64,000 nucleotides of DNA from positions 1,612,001-1,676,000 of the forward strand of contig JABVCE010000002.1 of assembly GCA_014905635.1 (NCBI GenBank), given 5' to 3'. The position numbers and the translations under genes are program-made. Below are positions 12,696-25,516 of this stretch, one piece after another. Source of the DNA: Scenedesmus sp. PABB004. Taxonomy: Eukaryota. How positions within the stretch are numbered: position 1 is the first letter of the stretch; each line of letters begins with the position of its first letter. The notes beneath the pieces were generated by a model. It made no database searches, was not told the DNA's origin, and saw nothing but the letters and a program-made list of their open reading frames with translations.

Positions 12696-15600
12696 CTACA
12701 CTCTGTGAGAGAGAATACACGCGGCCGCGCCCGCATCACCGCCGGCGCTTGCCAGGCGCCGCCGCGCCGCTGCCCGAGAGGCCGAGGCCGCGCAGCTCCG
12801 CGCCCCCGATGCTGCGCTTCTGCCCCCGCCGCGCCTCGCTGGCCACAGCCGCGCCGGCAGCCGGCCGCACGCTCCCGCCCCGCGCGGCTGCGTGCGGCGC
12901 GGCGCGCGCGCCCCGCACGGGCGCGGGCCTGCCGCTCGCAGCGGGCGCCGGCGCCCGCGCCGCGGCGGGCTTCGCCCTGGCCTCCGCCCGCCGCGCGGGC
13001 GGCGGCTGCTGCGGCTGCTGCGGCTGCTGCTGGTTGTGCGGGCGCAGCGCCTTGCGTTGGCCCACGGGGCTCGCGGCGGCCGCGGCCGCGGCCGCCTCAG
13101 CCCCCCGGCGCGCCGGCTGGCCGCCTGCGCGGGCCCGCCCCGCGGCAGGCCCAGGGACAGGCCAAACGTGATGCGCGGCATGCTGCTGCGCCGGCTGCGG
13201 GGCGTGCGCGGGCCCTTGCGGAACGGCGCCACCGGCAGCTCGCCGTCGCTGTCGCTGCTGCTGCCGCCCCGCTCGCCGCTGCTGGTGCCGGGCAGCTCCA
13301 GCGGCGCGGGCCGGCGCGCCGCGCCGTCGCGGCGGCCCTTGACCGCCTGCTGAGCCACGACCCGCCGCGCCGGCGGCGCGGCCGGCGCCTGGCGGCCGCG
13401 CGACAGCTGCTGCTGCCTGCGCCGCGCCTGCTGCTTCTGCAGGCGCTGCTGCTCCAGCAGCTGCCCGCGCCGCAGCGCCCGGCTGCTGGGGCGCTGAAAG
13501 TCGTCGTCGCTCTCCCCCGCCGCGCCGCCGTGGAGCCCGCCGTCCTCCTCCTCGCCGGCGGACGAGCTGCCCTCCGCGGCAGCCCCGCCCCGAGCGCCGC
13601 GCGCCCGCCCGCCGCGCGCCGCGCGCCCCCGCGCGCCTTGGGCTGCTTGCGCCCGCGCGCGTGCGCGCCGCGGCCGCCGTCCGAGAGCGACGCGGTGTAG
13701 TCCTCGTCGCTGCTGGTGTCCGCTTCGGGCGAGTCGTCGCCGCCCTCCAGCCAGCTGTCGCCCACGGCCGCGGGCGCCTGCGCCAGCTGCCGCCGCTGCG
13801 GCACGGGCGGCACCGCCGGCTGCCGCGGCCGCTGCGGCTGCAGCGGCTGCTGCGACTGCTGGGGCGCCAGCTTGCGGCGCTGCCGCGGCGGCTCCTGCAC
13901 CTCCTCCTCCTCGTGCGCCGAGCGCAGGTGCTCCTCCTGCACGCCCGTCTGGCTGCTCTTGGCCGCCGCCTGCTCGCTCGGCTCCAGCTCGTCGTCGGCG
14001 TCGCCCACCGCCGCGCCGGCCTCGGCGCCGCCGCCGCGCTGCAGCGGCCGCCCCTTCCTGCCTCGCCCGGGCGGCCGCCCGCGGCGGCGCACGGCAGCAG
14101 CCGCCGCGGCGGCGGCGGGCGCCTCAGCCGCCTCCGCCGCGCTGGGCGCCGTGCTCGGCGCCGGCGCCGCTGAGCGCGGCCTGCCGCGGCCGCGCGGCTG
14201 CTCGGCCGGCCGGAGCGCGCCAGCTGCGGCACCGGGGGAAGGCCGCGGCGCGCCAGCTGCGGCGCCGGCCGGCGGCGGCACGTCGCGCTTGGCGGCAAAC
14301 GCCATCTCGTACACTGCAGCAGCTGCGGCAGCGGCCGTGCGCGTCTGCCTGCCGGCGCCCTGCAGCGGCGACGCCACGGCCGCGGCGGCCGCGGCCGCGC
14401 TGGCCAGGCGCCTGCTGCCGGGGCTCATCGGCTCCTCGGCCGACGCCGGCGCCGCGGCCGCCGCGGCCGACGTGCCCGCCGCGCCGGCGGGGCGCGCGGC
14501 CTCCGCCGCCGCCGAGGTGCCCGCGCCCGCGGCGCCCGCCACGCGCTGGTGCTGGCGCGCGGTGCGCGGCAGCGGCGCCGAGGGCGGCAGGCCGAGCTGC
14601 CGCCGCATCTGCGACTCCTGCTGCCACAGCAGCAGCAGCTGGCGCTTGAGCTTCTCGCGCTTGCGCACCTGGTCCGCGAGCGTGCGCACGATCTGGCGCG
14701 CGGCGCGGGCAGGCGCGCGGCGGCGGCGGTCAGGTGCGGTGAGGCGCGCCGCCGGTGGCGCAGCGGCGGGCCGCGGGCGGCCGGCTGCGACGGCCCGGCG
14801 CCGCCGCCCAGCCAGCCTGCCGCGGCGCCAGCCCGCGACGCGCACCTCGAGCTCGCTGCGCAGGGCGCAGAGCGCGTCCAGCGCGTCCTCCTGCGTCACG
14901 CGGCGCCGGCCGAGGCCGCCGCGGCGCTGCTGCAGCGCGCCGCGCGACTCGACCGCCATGAAGGGCAGGTGCTCGTCGTAGTCCTCGTCGCCCTCCGCGA
15001 CGTACTCGGAGAACGCGACCAGCTGGCGGCGCGGCGCGCGGCGCGGGGGAGCGACGGTGAGCGCACGGGCGGCGGCGGGCGGGGCGCGCGGCGGCGCGCG
15101 GCGGCGCGGCGGTGTGTGGCGCCGCACCTTCCAGGGCAGTTCGAACCAGAGGCGCGCCAGGAGCGGGCCGCCGTACTGGGTGCGCTTGCGCAGCCAGTAG
15201 TCGAGCAGCTGGCCCCCGAGCTTGCGGTCGGGCACGTGCGCGTCGAGCGCCGACAGCGCGACCCCGCGCGGCAGCAGGTGCTTCATCGCGGGGATCTTGG
15301 GCACCTTGGGCACCACGCCCGGCGCGGCGCCGCCGGCCTGCTCCTCCCACCACGCGCGCACCGCGTCAAAGTGCAGCAGCTCCAGCGCGTCCATCGCGCG
15401 CTCAAACGCGTCCACGCCCAGCGCCACCTCGCCCGCGCGCGGCGTCTGCGGCGGCGGGCGGGCGGGCGGGCGGGCGCGTGAGCGGCGCACGCCGCGCGCC
15501 CGGCGGCGGCCGCCGGCAGGGCGCCGCGCCGCGCCGCCGCGCCGGCGCCGGCGCGCCGCGGCCGCGCACCGTGGGCTCCGGCGCGCCGCTCCCGCTGATG

Positions 15601-16401
15601 CGCTGCGCGACCTGGTGGTACAGCCCCACCGCCGCCGCGAGCAGGCCCGACCCGTTCTGCGCGCGCCGGCGCGGGCGGCGGGGCAGGGCGGGCGGCGCTC
15701 GGGCGGCGCTCGGGCAGCACGCGCGCGCGCGCGCACGCGCGCGGGCGGGCGGGCGGGGCGCCTCGGGCTTCCGCGGCGCGGCGCGGCACCTTTGCGGCTG
15801 TGTTGTTTGCGCCCGCGAGCCAGGCGAGGTCTGCGTCGTCGGCGTCGTACTCGGGGACCTCGTGCTCCTCGTACATGCCCGGCAGCAGCTCCTTGTGCCG
15901 CAGGTACGGCGCGGCCGCGATGTCCCCCGGGACCATGGGCCCGTGGTGCTCCGCGGCGGCGCGGTTGAGCTGGTAGTCCCGCACGCCCCGCACCTGGGGC
16001 ACCGCGATGGGCCCGCGCGCGCGCGGCTCGTGCGCGCGCCGCGCGGGCGTGAAGTGCTCGTGCGCCTCGCCCTGCGCGGGGCAGGGCAGGAGAAGGGCGG
16101 TCGCGGCGGGCGGTCGCGGCAGGCGGTCGCGGCGGGCGGCGCGGCGCGCGCAGCGCGGCGCGCGCAGCGCGGCGCGCGCAGCGCGGCCGGCGCGCACCTC
16201 GCGCGGCGCGGCGTAGCGCTCGCCCGGCGGGCGCTTGCGCTTGCGGGCGGCCGCGGGCGTGCTGACGGCCAGCAGGTGGCGGTGCAGCGCGCCGCCGTCG
16301 ACGGCCCGGAGCTCCTCGCCCGGCTCCTGGCCCGCCCAGAACACGGGTATGCGGTCCGCCACGCCCAGCGGGCGCGGCCGCACCACGCGCACGCTACTCA
16401 T
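12696..16401 (-). CDS. Enhancer of polycomb-like (NuA4 subunit EPL1/EPC family), multi-exon; 3' end uncertain
   Basis: MSSVRVVRPRPLGVADRIPV start; IAVPQV; PEYDADDADLAWL; FERAMDALE; LLDYWLRKR...GPLL; LRSELEIVRTLADQVRKREKLKRQL. Confidence 0.75.
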
Positions 16402-17296
16402 CGCGCCGCCTGCGGCGGCGCCGGCGGCGGCGGCGCGCGCGCTGGGCGGGCGGGCGTGGCGCCCCCCGAGCAGCAGCAGCGGCGCGCCGCCCCGCTCGCG
16501 CGCCCGCCCGCGCCGCCGCGCGCGCGCCGCCGCCGCGCGCCGCCGGCCCCTGGGCGTCGCGGGGCGCCCACCCCGGCCGCCCGGGGGCCTGCCGGGCCCT
16601 GCCCGCGGCCGGCACGCGCCCTGGGCGCCCCTCCCGCCGCGCGGGGCGCCCGCCTGCGCGCTGCGCCGCAGCCACCGGGCGCGGGCGCCCGCCCTGCGAC
16701 GTTCGAGGCGCGCCCGGGTCCCCACCTGTCGCCTGCAGGCCGTGGGCGCCGAGCGATTGTTACGCGCGCTGCGCGCCCGCGCCTCGCGACGCCATGCCCG
16801 CCCGGCGCCGCTGGGGGCGCCGCTGGCAGAAGGTACGCGGGGCCGCCGAGCCCGGCAGCAGCGGCGCGGGTCCGGGGCGGTGGTGGGGCGCGCGGGGCAG
16901 GTTGCGGCGCTGCCCTGCCGCGTCGGGTGCGCTGAGCAGCCTGGCTCGATGCGGGGCTCGACGCTGGGCCCGGGGGCGGCCTCTGGCGGGGGGTAGGTCT
17001 TTGGGTGTTTGCGATGCGGACTGCCGGCCCCGCCCCCACGGGACCGGCGCCCGCCCCGGCTCGCCCTCTTCCCCAGGGCCTGAGTGCCGCCCGGAGCGCC
17101 CGGAGCGAGCACGCAAGGTGCGTGATCGGGCGCCGCGCCGGCCGCCGCACGCCGGCGCCCCGGGCGCGCGCCCCAGGCGCCGCGGGGCGCCGGCGCCGCG
17201 GCAGGCGCATCGCTGCACCGCCGGCTCTGCCCGGGCGCCGCGCGGGCGCGCCTGACGCGGGGGCGGCCCCGCCGGCGCGGCGCGCGATGGCCGCAG

Positions 17297-19064
17297 ATGG
17301 GTCGCGTTATCCGGTCCCAGCGCAAGGGTCGGGGCTCGGTCTTCAAGTCCCACAACACCCACCGCAAGGGCGCGGCCAAGTACCGCGTCCTGGACGCCGC
17401 GGAGCGCCACCACTACATCAAGGGCGTCGTCAAGGAGATCATCCACGACCCCGGGCGGGGCGCGCCCCTGGCCAAGGTGCGAGTCGGCCACCGCCCGCGC
17501 ACCGGGCGCCGCGCGGCGCGCCGCCGGGCGCCGGCGCGCGCCGGCGTGCGCCGCGGCGGCGCGCAGCAGCGGCGGCTGGGCGCGGCGGCGGCGCCGCGCC
17601 GCGCCGCATGCGCGCCGCGGCGCGCGGGCGCGCCCGGGAGAGCGCCCCGGGGCCCGGGGCGCGGCGCGGGGCGGCCCCGCCGCGGCGGCAGCAGCCGCGC
17701 CGCGCTGCTGCTGCGGGTCGCGCTGCCCGGCGCCGCCCCCATGCGCGCGGCCGCGGGCGCAGAGCGCTGAGCGCTCCGCGCCCCGCGCCACAGGTGGTGT
17801 ACCGCGACCCGGTCAGGTACAAGCAGCAGAAGGTGCTGACGATCGCGCCCGAGGGCGTGTACTCCGGCCAGGTGCGCGCAGAGCGGCGGCGGCGCCGGCG
17901 GCGGCTGGCGCGGCAGCGGCGCCAGCAGCGGCAGTTGGCGGCGCTCGCGGCGCGCAGCGACGGCTGGCGCGGCAGCGCTGGTCGGCGGCGGCGCCAGCGG
18001 CGGGGCGCGCGGCGCCGGCTGGCGCGGCGCCAGCAGCTGGGCGCGCAGCGACGCGCCAGCGGCGCGTCGGCGGCGCCAGGCGGCCGGCGGCGGCGCCAGC
18101 GGCTGCAGCGGGCGCCGGCAGGCAGCAGGAGCGGCAGCAGGCATCAGGAGCGGCGGCTGCGGCAGCCAGGCAGGCGGCGGTGGCACCAGCAGCAGCAGGG
18201 GCGGCTGGCGGCGGCTGCGGCGGCAGCAGCAGCGCCGCCCCCGCCGCGGCGCCCCCGCAGCGCGGCGCGCCCGCCGACCCGCCGCCCGCCGCCGCGTCGT
18301 GCCGCGCGCACAGTTTGTGTACAGCGGCAAGAAGGCCGTGCTCTCCGTGGGCAACACGCTGCCCCTGGGCGAGATGCCCGAGGGCACGATCGTGTGCAAC
18401 GTGGAGTCGAAGGCCGGTGACCGCGGCACGCTGGCGCGCTGCTCCGGCGACTACGTGATCGTCGTCGCGCACAACACCGACTCGGGCATCACCCGCATCA
18501 AGCTGCCCTCGGGCTCCAAGAAGGTGCGCGCCGCGCGCGCGACGGCGGCGCCGGCCCCGCGCCAGCAGGGCCAGCAGCCTGGCGCAGCAGCAACGGCGGC
18601 GCAGCAGCGGCGGCAGCGGCAACAACGGCAACAACGGCGGCAGCTGCAGCGGCGGTCGCCGCGCCGGCGGCTGCAGCACCGGCGCCCGCGCCCGTGCTGC
18701 CCCGCGCGCCCAGCTGCTGACGCGCCGCCGCCGCGACCGCCGCCGCGGCTGCGCGCAGGTGGTGTCGAGCGCGTGCCGCGCGACCGTGGGCCAGGTGGCG
18801 GGCGGCGGCCGCACGGAGAAGCCCATGCTCAAGGCGGGCCGCGCCTACTGGGCGGCCAAGGCCAAGCGCAACAGCTGGCCCAAGGTGCGCGGTGTGGCGA
18901 TGAACCCCGTGGAGCACCCCCACGGTGGTGGCAACCACCAGCACATCGGCCACGCCTCCACCGTCAGCCGCTGGGCGCCCCCGGGCCAGAAGGTCGGCCT
19001 CATCGCCGCCCGCCGCACCGGTCGCCTCCGCGGCACCAGCGTGGTCAAGGGCGACAAGGAGTAG
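17297..19064 (+). CDS. RPL8: 60S ribosomal protein L8 (uL2), four coding exons
   Basis: [19 protein letters not shown]...[60 protein letters not shown] probable 5'UTR intron ends immediately before the ATG. Confidence 0.97.
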
Positions 19065-19417
19065 GCGGCGCGCGCGACGTGCGTGGCGGGCGAGCAGGGA
19101 GGAGCGCGGCAGCCCCGCGCCGCGCGGTGCGCGCGCGGCGGGGCGTGCGGGGTGGGCATGTGGCGGGCGCCGCCGCCAGCGGCAGGCCCTGCCACGCCGG
19201 ACTACGTCGGTGTAACATTGACGCGACAGGGTCCCCGCGCTCGTGCGCCAGCGATCGGGCGGCCAGCGATCCGCTGCAGCAGCCGCGCGCGCGCCACCGC
19301 AGCCAAGGAGTGGCGCAGCGTTACACTCGTCTGCAGCCCCTGCAGCCTGCAGGGGCTCTGCCAGCCGCGCGCCGCTGCGGTGCCAGCTCACCGCGCGCCG
19401 CTGCTGCTGCGCCAGCC

Positions 19418-20024
19418 TCACCGCGCGCCGCCGCCGCCGCCGCCGCTGTCGCCGCTCGCAGCGAGCGCCTTGGCGCGGTCGAGCTCGGCGTGCACGTGCC
19501 GCGTCGCCGTCAGCAGCATCCCAAACGTGGCCAGCACCGTCAGCGGGGCCCGGAGCGCCATGTACCACGCCGGCAGCCCGAGGTTGCGGCGCGCGTGGTC
19601 GGCGAGGAAGCACGCGGGGAGCAGGCAGCACATCACGACCGCCCCCGCCCCGGGCTCCATCAGCGCCACGGGCCACGCCGCGAGGCTCGGCAGGACGCTG
19701 TAAATGAACGCCTCGTTGGCGAGCCGCGCCGCGAGCGGGCCGCCGAGCGGCGACGCCATCGCGACGCCCCAGTGCACCGCGCCGAGGAAGGAGACGATCG
19801 TCACGCCGTACGCGACCTGCACCTGGTCCGCCGCGTCCACGACCGCGCCCGGCAGCACGCCGGTGAGGTGCTTGGCCACCGGCGGCGCGAGCGCGATGAA
19901 CGGCACTGCGCCCGCCAGCCCCAGCACGCGCGGCACGGCCGGCGCCGCGGAGAACGCGCGCCACCAGCGCGCCAGCGCGCCCGCCGCCGGCGGCGAAGCC
20001 GCCCCGCCGCCCTCCGGGCCGGCC

Positions 20025-20059
<35 letters not shown>

Positions 20060-20332
20060 CGCGCGGCGCGGCGCGGCGCCCGCGGCAAAGCCCCTCGCCC
20101 AGCCGCATCCTGGCTGCCGCGGCGCCTGCGCGCCGCCGCACGCCGCGCCGCTCCATGCCTGCCGGCGGCGGCGGCGGCAGCGTGGCGTCCGGGCACTGGG
20201 CGCCGCACCCTGCGCCACTCGCCGGCTGCGCGGCGGCGCTGGCGGCAGCGGCCGCGCCACGCCTGCCGCTGCGGCGCGCCGCACCTGGCGCGCCAGCGCG
20301 CCACACGCCCGCACAGCAGACGAGCGGGTCAT
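19418..20332 (-). CDS. TMEM69 / DUF3429 family membrane protein
   Basis: LGLAGAVPF...[18 protein letters not shown]...SVLPSLAAW...[13 protein letters not shown] match the family motifs. Confidence 0.8.
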
Positions 20333-20871
20333 GCCGGAGCGTTTGAGCCAGGCGCAGCGGTGCGCCGCGACGAGCGCAGCGGCGGGCGAGGCCGGCGCGA
20401 GCGTGGGCGAGAATTCAGGTCCAGCGCCGCGCGATCACCCCGCAGGGCGTGGGTGCCGGTCCAGCACGCGCCTGCCAAGCTGCGCGCGGCTGCGACGTGG
20501 CTGGGGAACGCTGCGCCGCCGGGGCTCTGGCGCTGCCCGCGCGGGCTGGGCACCGCTGCCGCCTGCGAGGGAGAACCGGCACGCCAGCCGCTTTGCGCGG
20601 CCGCCAGCACGGGCATCCGCTGCATCCGCCGCCGCGCGCCGGGCTCCGCTGCTCGACGCGCCGCCGCCGGCCAGCGCGAGCCAGGCCAGCGCCTGCGGGG
20701 AGCTGTGCCCCGCCGCTCGCCGAAGGCACACGCGAGCATGGACCAGGCTTGACCGGCGCAGCACGCGCGGGCGGGCCTGGGGCCGGCGCCTCTGCTGCCC
20801 CCGGCAGCCCCGCCCGCCAGGCGCCTGCCAGGGGCTGCCCGCCCAGCCCGGCGGGCGCCCCGACCGCCATC

Positions 20872-22064
20872 ATGTCGGCAGGTGCGGGAGCTGCTGTCGG
20901 CGCGGCGCCGCTGCGACGCGGCGCCGTGCGGCACCGCCGCTGCTGCGCCGCTGCTGCGCCGCCGCAGGCGGGTGCTGCTCCTGCGCAGCCGCTGACGCCG
21001 CTGACGCCGCTGACGCCGCCCCGCCGCCGCGCACAGCCAACGACGAGGACTATGCGCTGCAGCTGCACAAGCAGCTGAACGCGATCCCGCTGCGCACGCG
21101 CCGCGGCGGCGAGCCGGGCGGCCCGAGCTCGCTGGAGCGCGGCCGGCGCGGCGACAGGGGCGGCCGGGCGCGCGCCAAGCGCTCCAACTCCAGCTCGCAG
21201 GAGCACCCAGGCGGGCGCCGGCGGCGCACGAGCGACCCGGACGACGGCCACACCAGCGCTCCCCAGCGCATCACGCGCGACCCGACAGGCGCGCCCGCGG
21301 GCGCGCCAGCAGCCGGCGCGCGCCGCGCGCAGCGTGCGGCGGCGGCGGTCGCCGCGCGGCGTGCTCGCCTCACCCCCGGGCCCGCGCGCGCCGCGCCGCG
21401 CAGACTCCGAGGACCACAGCCACCCAGGCTTTGGCGAGCCCGGGAGCGGCCAGGCGCGCGCACAGGGCGAGGCGCGGCCCGAGCCCTGCGACAGCGGCGA
21501 TTCGGGCGCGCGCGCGGGGCGCCGGCAGGAGCGCGGCGCCTGCGACCTGCTGCGGCACGGCACGCCCGTGCAGGCGGCGGCTGCGAGCGCAGCGGCCGCC
21601 ACCAAGCAGCTGGTGAAGGAGCAGCACGACCCCGACCCCGACGGTGCGCGCGCCGCAGCTGGGCGCCGCCGCCGGGCGCGGCTGCGCCGCGCGCCTGCCC
21701 ACGCGCTTGCTGCGCCCGGCCCTCCCTGGGGCGCACGCACGCAGGCGGGTGCGTCAAGGTGTTTTACGCCGGCGTCCGCTGGGGCCTGCGCCTGGCGCGC
21801 GGCGCGGTGCAGTCGCGGGTGGCGCTGGCGCGTGCGCTGAACGAGGGCTTTGTGGGGCAGATTCTGGCGGTCGGGTCGGGCGACGCGCTGAGCGTGGTGT
21901 TTGTGGACGCTGGCGGCGCCGCCGCGGAGCTGGGGCCCGTCAGGTGGGCCAGCGCCAAGGCGGCGGCGACCAACGGCGCGGCGTGGAAGGCGCTCGCCAA
22001 GGGCGCGGCGCGTGTCTACGTGTGCGGGCCGGAGGCGGCGCACCTCCGCGGCCGCCGCGAGTGA
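20872..22064 (+). CDS. Hypothetical protein with a DEDYALQLHKQLN motif and a C-terminal PB1/Aux-IAA-like domain
   Basis: Introns 20882-21036, 21289-21403 (GC donor) and 21644-21744 give an open frame MSAANDEDYALQLHKQLNAIPLRTRR...CVKVFYAGVRWGLRL...VVFVD...WKALAKGAARVYVC. Confidence 0.55.
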
Positions 22065-22267
22065 GGCGCGGCCCGCCGCGGCTGCTGCGGCGGTAGAGCC
22101 GCGTGCAACCCCGCTGGTTTGGTCGCGCACGTCGCGCATTTGCAGCAGCACCCGCCCGCCGCAGCGGCCAGGTGAACACGGGCTCCGTTCGTTGCACAGG
22201 TGCCCGCGCGCGCGGTCAAGGCGCCCCCGCACCGCCGCCCAGCCCTCTCGCCCAGCCCTCTCGCCCG

Positions 22268-22879
22268 CTAGCGCATGGACGCCAGGCGCCGGCCGGTTGC
22301 CTGCGGCGCCCGCCCCGCCGGCTGGCTGGCGCCGCCCCAGAGGCTCTTGGGTGCCTGCGCGGCGGCGGCCGCGCGCGTCGGCGGCGGGCGCGGCAGGCAG
22401 GCGCTGCTGCGGGCGCGCGGGCCGCAGCGCCCTCCGCGGCCGCGGCTCGCGCGCCACGCGCGGCGCACCTGCTGCTGCAGGCCGCTGCTCGGCACGGCCT
22501 GGACCGGCGGCGGCGGGTCCTGCGCGAGCAGGCGGGCCAGTGAGGGGTTCGGGGCGGCGCGGGCGGCGCCGCCCGGCCGCGCCGCCGCGCCCGGCGCTGG
22601 CGACGGCGGCAGCCCGGGCGGTTGTTGAGCGCCGCGCCGCGCGCGCGCCCTCACCTGGGCGGCGGTGCACGCGCCGGTGATGTCACTCAGCGGCGCCCGG
22701 GCCTTGAGTCCGCAGCGGCTGCGGCCGGCGGGCGGCTGGTGCTTCGACAGCGCTGCCAGCCCGCCGACGAGCGGCGCTGCCGGCCCGGCGCGCCACGCCG
22801 CGCCGGCCGCCGCTGCCTGCGGGTCGTGGTTCTCCTTGTCACCCTCCGCCGCCGGCCCGGCGCCGGCCAGGCCGGCCAT
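22268..22879 (-). CDS. Small KEN-box/D-box/MR-tail protein, OSD1/UVI4-like putative APC/C inhibitor
   Basis: ATG at 22879; DKENHDP; RAPLSDIT; C-terminus RRLASMR-stop; probably two short introns. Confidence 0.6.
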   Translation of the reverse strand: MAGLAGAGPAAEGDKENHDPQAAAAGAAWRAGPAAPLVGGLAALSKHQPPAGRSRCGLKARAPLSDITGACTAAQVRARARRGAQQPPGLPPSPAPGAAARPGGAARAAPNPSLARLLAQDPPPPVQAVPSSGLQQQVRRAWRASRGRGGRCGPRARSSACLPRPPPTRAAAAAQAPKSLWGGASQPAGRAPQATGRRLASMR

Positions 22880-23449
22880 GCCGCCCACGGGCAGGCCGCA
22901 CAGCGGGCGCGTTCGACGTTCGACGAGCCGCCTCCGCGTCTGCGCCGCCCGGGGCCCCACGCCGCAGTCTCCGCCGCTGCGCCGCGGGATGGTGGCACTA
23001 ACGCCGTGCGCCCGTCGCCGGTGGGGGCCTCGCTCCACAACGGGCGTCGAGGAGCCGCTTCCAGCTGCCGATCGGGCCGCGGGCGAGCGCTGGCGGCGTC
23101 GGGGGCAGCACAGAATGGCGAAAAGTCGGCTCTGGAGCGCGAAGAGCGCCGGCGGCAGGTGCGTCGGCGACGCGCTGGTGAGTTTTGGAGCAGTTTGAGT
23201 TGGCGCCGCTGCAGGCGGCGCGCCTGCGCGCGCGCGTGCCGCGGTGGTGGCCGTGATGGTGCGCTGGCGACCTCCGGTGCGCCCTGGGCCACGCAGCCGC
23301 CGTCGCGGCGCGGTTTGGGGCGCGGCTGCCTCAGGGCCATGCCCGTCCATCTCCAGGCCCACGCTCACCTCACACGCGCGTCGTTGCGCCCTCTATCAGT
23401 GCGCGTTGACACCGGAGCTCTCACTGGCTCTCAATCGGCGCCCGGAGCG

Positions 23450-25443
23450 ATGCTGCCGCAGCCCCGCGCGCCGGCGGCGCCGGCGCAGCGCCGCTGGCGC
23501 TGCTGCCGCCCGCGCCCCGCCGCGCCGCGCGGCCCGGTGCGCCCCGCAGCCCAAGCCCTGCCCGGACTGGGGGCGCTGACGCAGCTGGTGGAGCGCATGT
23601 GCGCGATCCGCGTACGCGCGCGCGCCAGCGCCCTGGGCTGCGGCGCCAGCGCTGCACGCGCGCAGCCGCGGGCTGCGCGCCGAGCGCCCGCCGCCGCCCC
23701 GCCTGCCCGCGCAGCGCGGGCCCGTCGCTCGACCTGCCGGACAGCGAGCCGGCGCTGCGGGCGTGGATGGAGCAGCGCGGGTTCGAGGGCCGCAAGGTGG
23801 GGGAGGGGACCGCGGCGTGCTGCGCGCCGGACGCGCGGCGCGGCGCGGCGCGGCGCCGCCGCCCGCCCAGCCGCCGCGCCGCGCCGCTCAGGTCGTCGCC
23901 CAGCAGCTGCCGGGCCAGGGGCGCGGCCTGGTGGCCACGGCGCCCGTGCGGAGGGGCGAGGTGGTGCTGGCGGTGCCGGAGCGGGCCGTCGTGTCCCCCG
24001 ACGTCGCAGCGCGGGGTGCGCGGCCGCGGGGCGCGGGGTGCGCGGCCGCGGGGCGCGGGCTCGGCCGGCGTCGCGGGCAGCGCGTGCGCGCAGGCGCGCG
24101 TGCGGCGGCGCGCGGCGGCGGGCGGAGGGCCGGACAGGGGGCGGCGGCGCCCCCGCCCGCCACCCCCGCCCTCGCCGCCCACACATGCCCCCTGCGCCCT
24201 GGCCCCCGGCGCCGGCGCCGCAGAGTCGTGCCTGGCGCCGCTGCTTGCGGCGCAGCCCGGCCGGCTGCCCGACTGGTCGGCGCTCGTGCTGTTCCTGGCG
24301 GAGCAGCGCTACCGCCACGCGCGCGGCGACGGCGACGCAGCGTGGGCGCCGTACGTCGCCAGCCTGCCGGGCAGCCCCGTCGGGAGCGTGCTCGACTGGC
24401 CGCCCGGCGACGCCGACGCGCTCCTCGCGGGCAGCGGCCTGGCGGCCAAGGCGGCGACCATATCGCGCGCCGCCGAGTCGCTGTGGGAGGGGGTGCAGCC
24501 CGTCATCGCCGCCGCGCGCGCGGCGGGGGCGTGCCCGCGCGACATGTTCACCCGCGCCGACGTCGACTGGGGCGTCGGGATCTGCCTCTCGCGCAGCGTG
24601 CGCCTCGACGACCTCGACGGCCGCGTCGCGCTCGTGCCCTACGCCGACCTGGCCAACCACGCGCCGCGCGCCGACGCGTACCTCGTGTGGGACGCGCCCC
24701 GCGCCGCGGTCGTGCTGCGCGCCGACCGCGACTACCGCGCGGGCGAGCAGGCGCGCGCCGTGCGCCCCGCTGCGCGCGCGCTGCCGGCGCGCGGACGGGC
24801 GGGGCGGCCCGCGCGGGCTGCTGCGCGCCGCCCCGGTCGCCCGCCCACGCGGCGCGGCGCGGCGTCCCGCGCTGGCAGGTGTTCATCTCGTACGGGCCCA
24901 AGTCGAGCGGCGAGCTGCTGCTGTCCTACGGCTTCTACCCGCCGCCCGGGTCCAACCCGCACGACGCGGCGCACCTCGCTTTTGGGCTGGACCCGGCTGA
25001 CCCGTGGCGGGCGGCCAAGGCCGAGTGCCTCGCGGCGCGGGGCATCCCGCCGGCCGAGGGCTTTGACGTGCGGCTGGACGGCCTGCCCGCGGGGCTCATC
25101 CCCTACGCCGCGTTTGCCGCCGCGCGCGGCCTCGACTCGCCCGAGGCCGTGGCGGCGCTCGCGGGGCCCTGTTTGACGACGACGCGCTGCCGGAGGTGGC
25201 CGGCGCCGGCTGCGAGGCGATCGCGCTCGAGGCGGTGGCGCAGCGCTGCCGGGCCGCGCTGCGGGCGTACCCGCAGAACCAGGAGGACGACCGGCGCTGG
25301 CCGCCGGCGCGGCCAACGGCGGCGGCTTCGAGCAGCGAGCCGCGCTGACCGCGGCGGCCCGGCTACACGAGCGCCAGATTCTGAGCCGGGTGGAGTTTGT
25401 TGCGCGGCAGCGCGCAAAGCAGCTCAGGAAACCGCGAGCGTAA
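23450..25443 (+). CDS. SET-domain protein-lysine methyltransferase, Rubisco LSMT family, multi-exon
   Basis: GRGLVATAPVRRGEVVLAVP; WAPYVASLP; ALVPYADLANH; GEQVFISYGPKSSGELLLSYGF; transit-peptide-like N-terminus. Two single-G losses (~25165, ~25293) interrupt the last exon. TGTAA at 25459. Confidence 0.8.
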
Positions 25444-25516
25444 GGGCGGTGCGATCGCTGTAACGCGTGGTTCAAGGTGTCGACCAGCGGCGCAGGGCTC
25501 CCGCAGGCCATGCGCC

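Noticed and set aside
327..25000. Numerous long Arg/Ala/Gly/Pro-rich ORFs in the gene-dense flank
   Set aside because: Expected from stop-codon scarcity at very high GC; they overlap better-supported spliced genes.
25160..25300. SET/LSMT gene as a pseudogene
   Set aside because: Both frameshifts are single-G losses in G runs next to a noisy repeat region, and the protein continues sensibly to TAA at 25443. Sequencing error is more likely; raw reads are needed.
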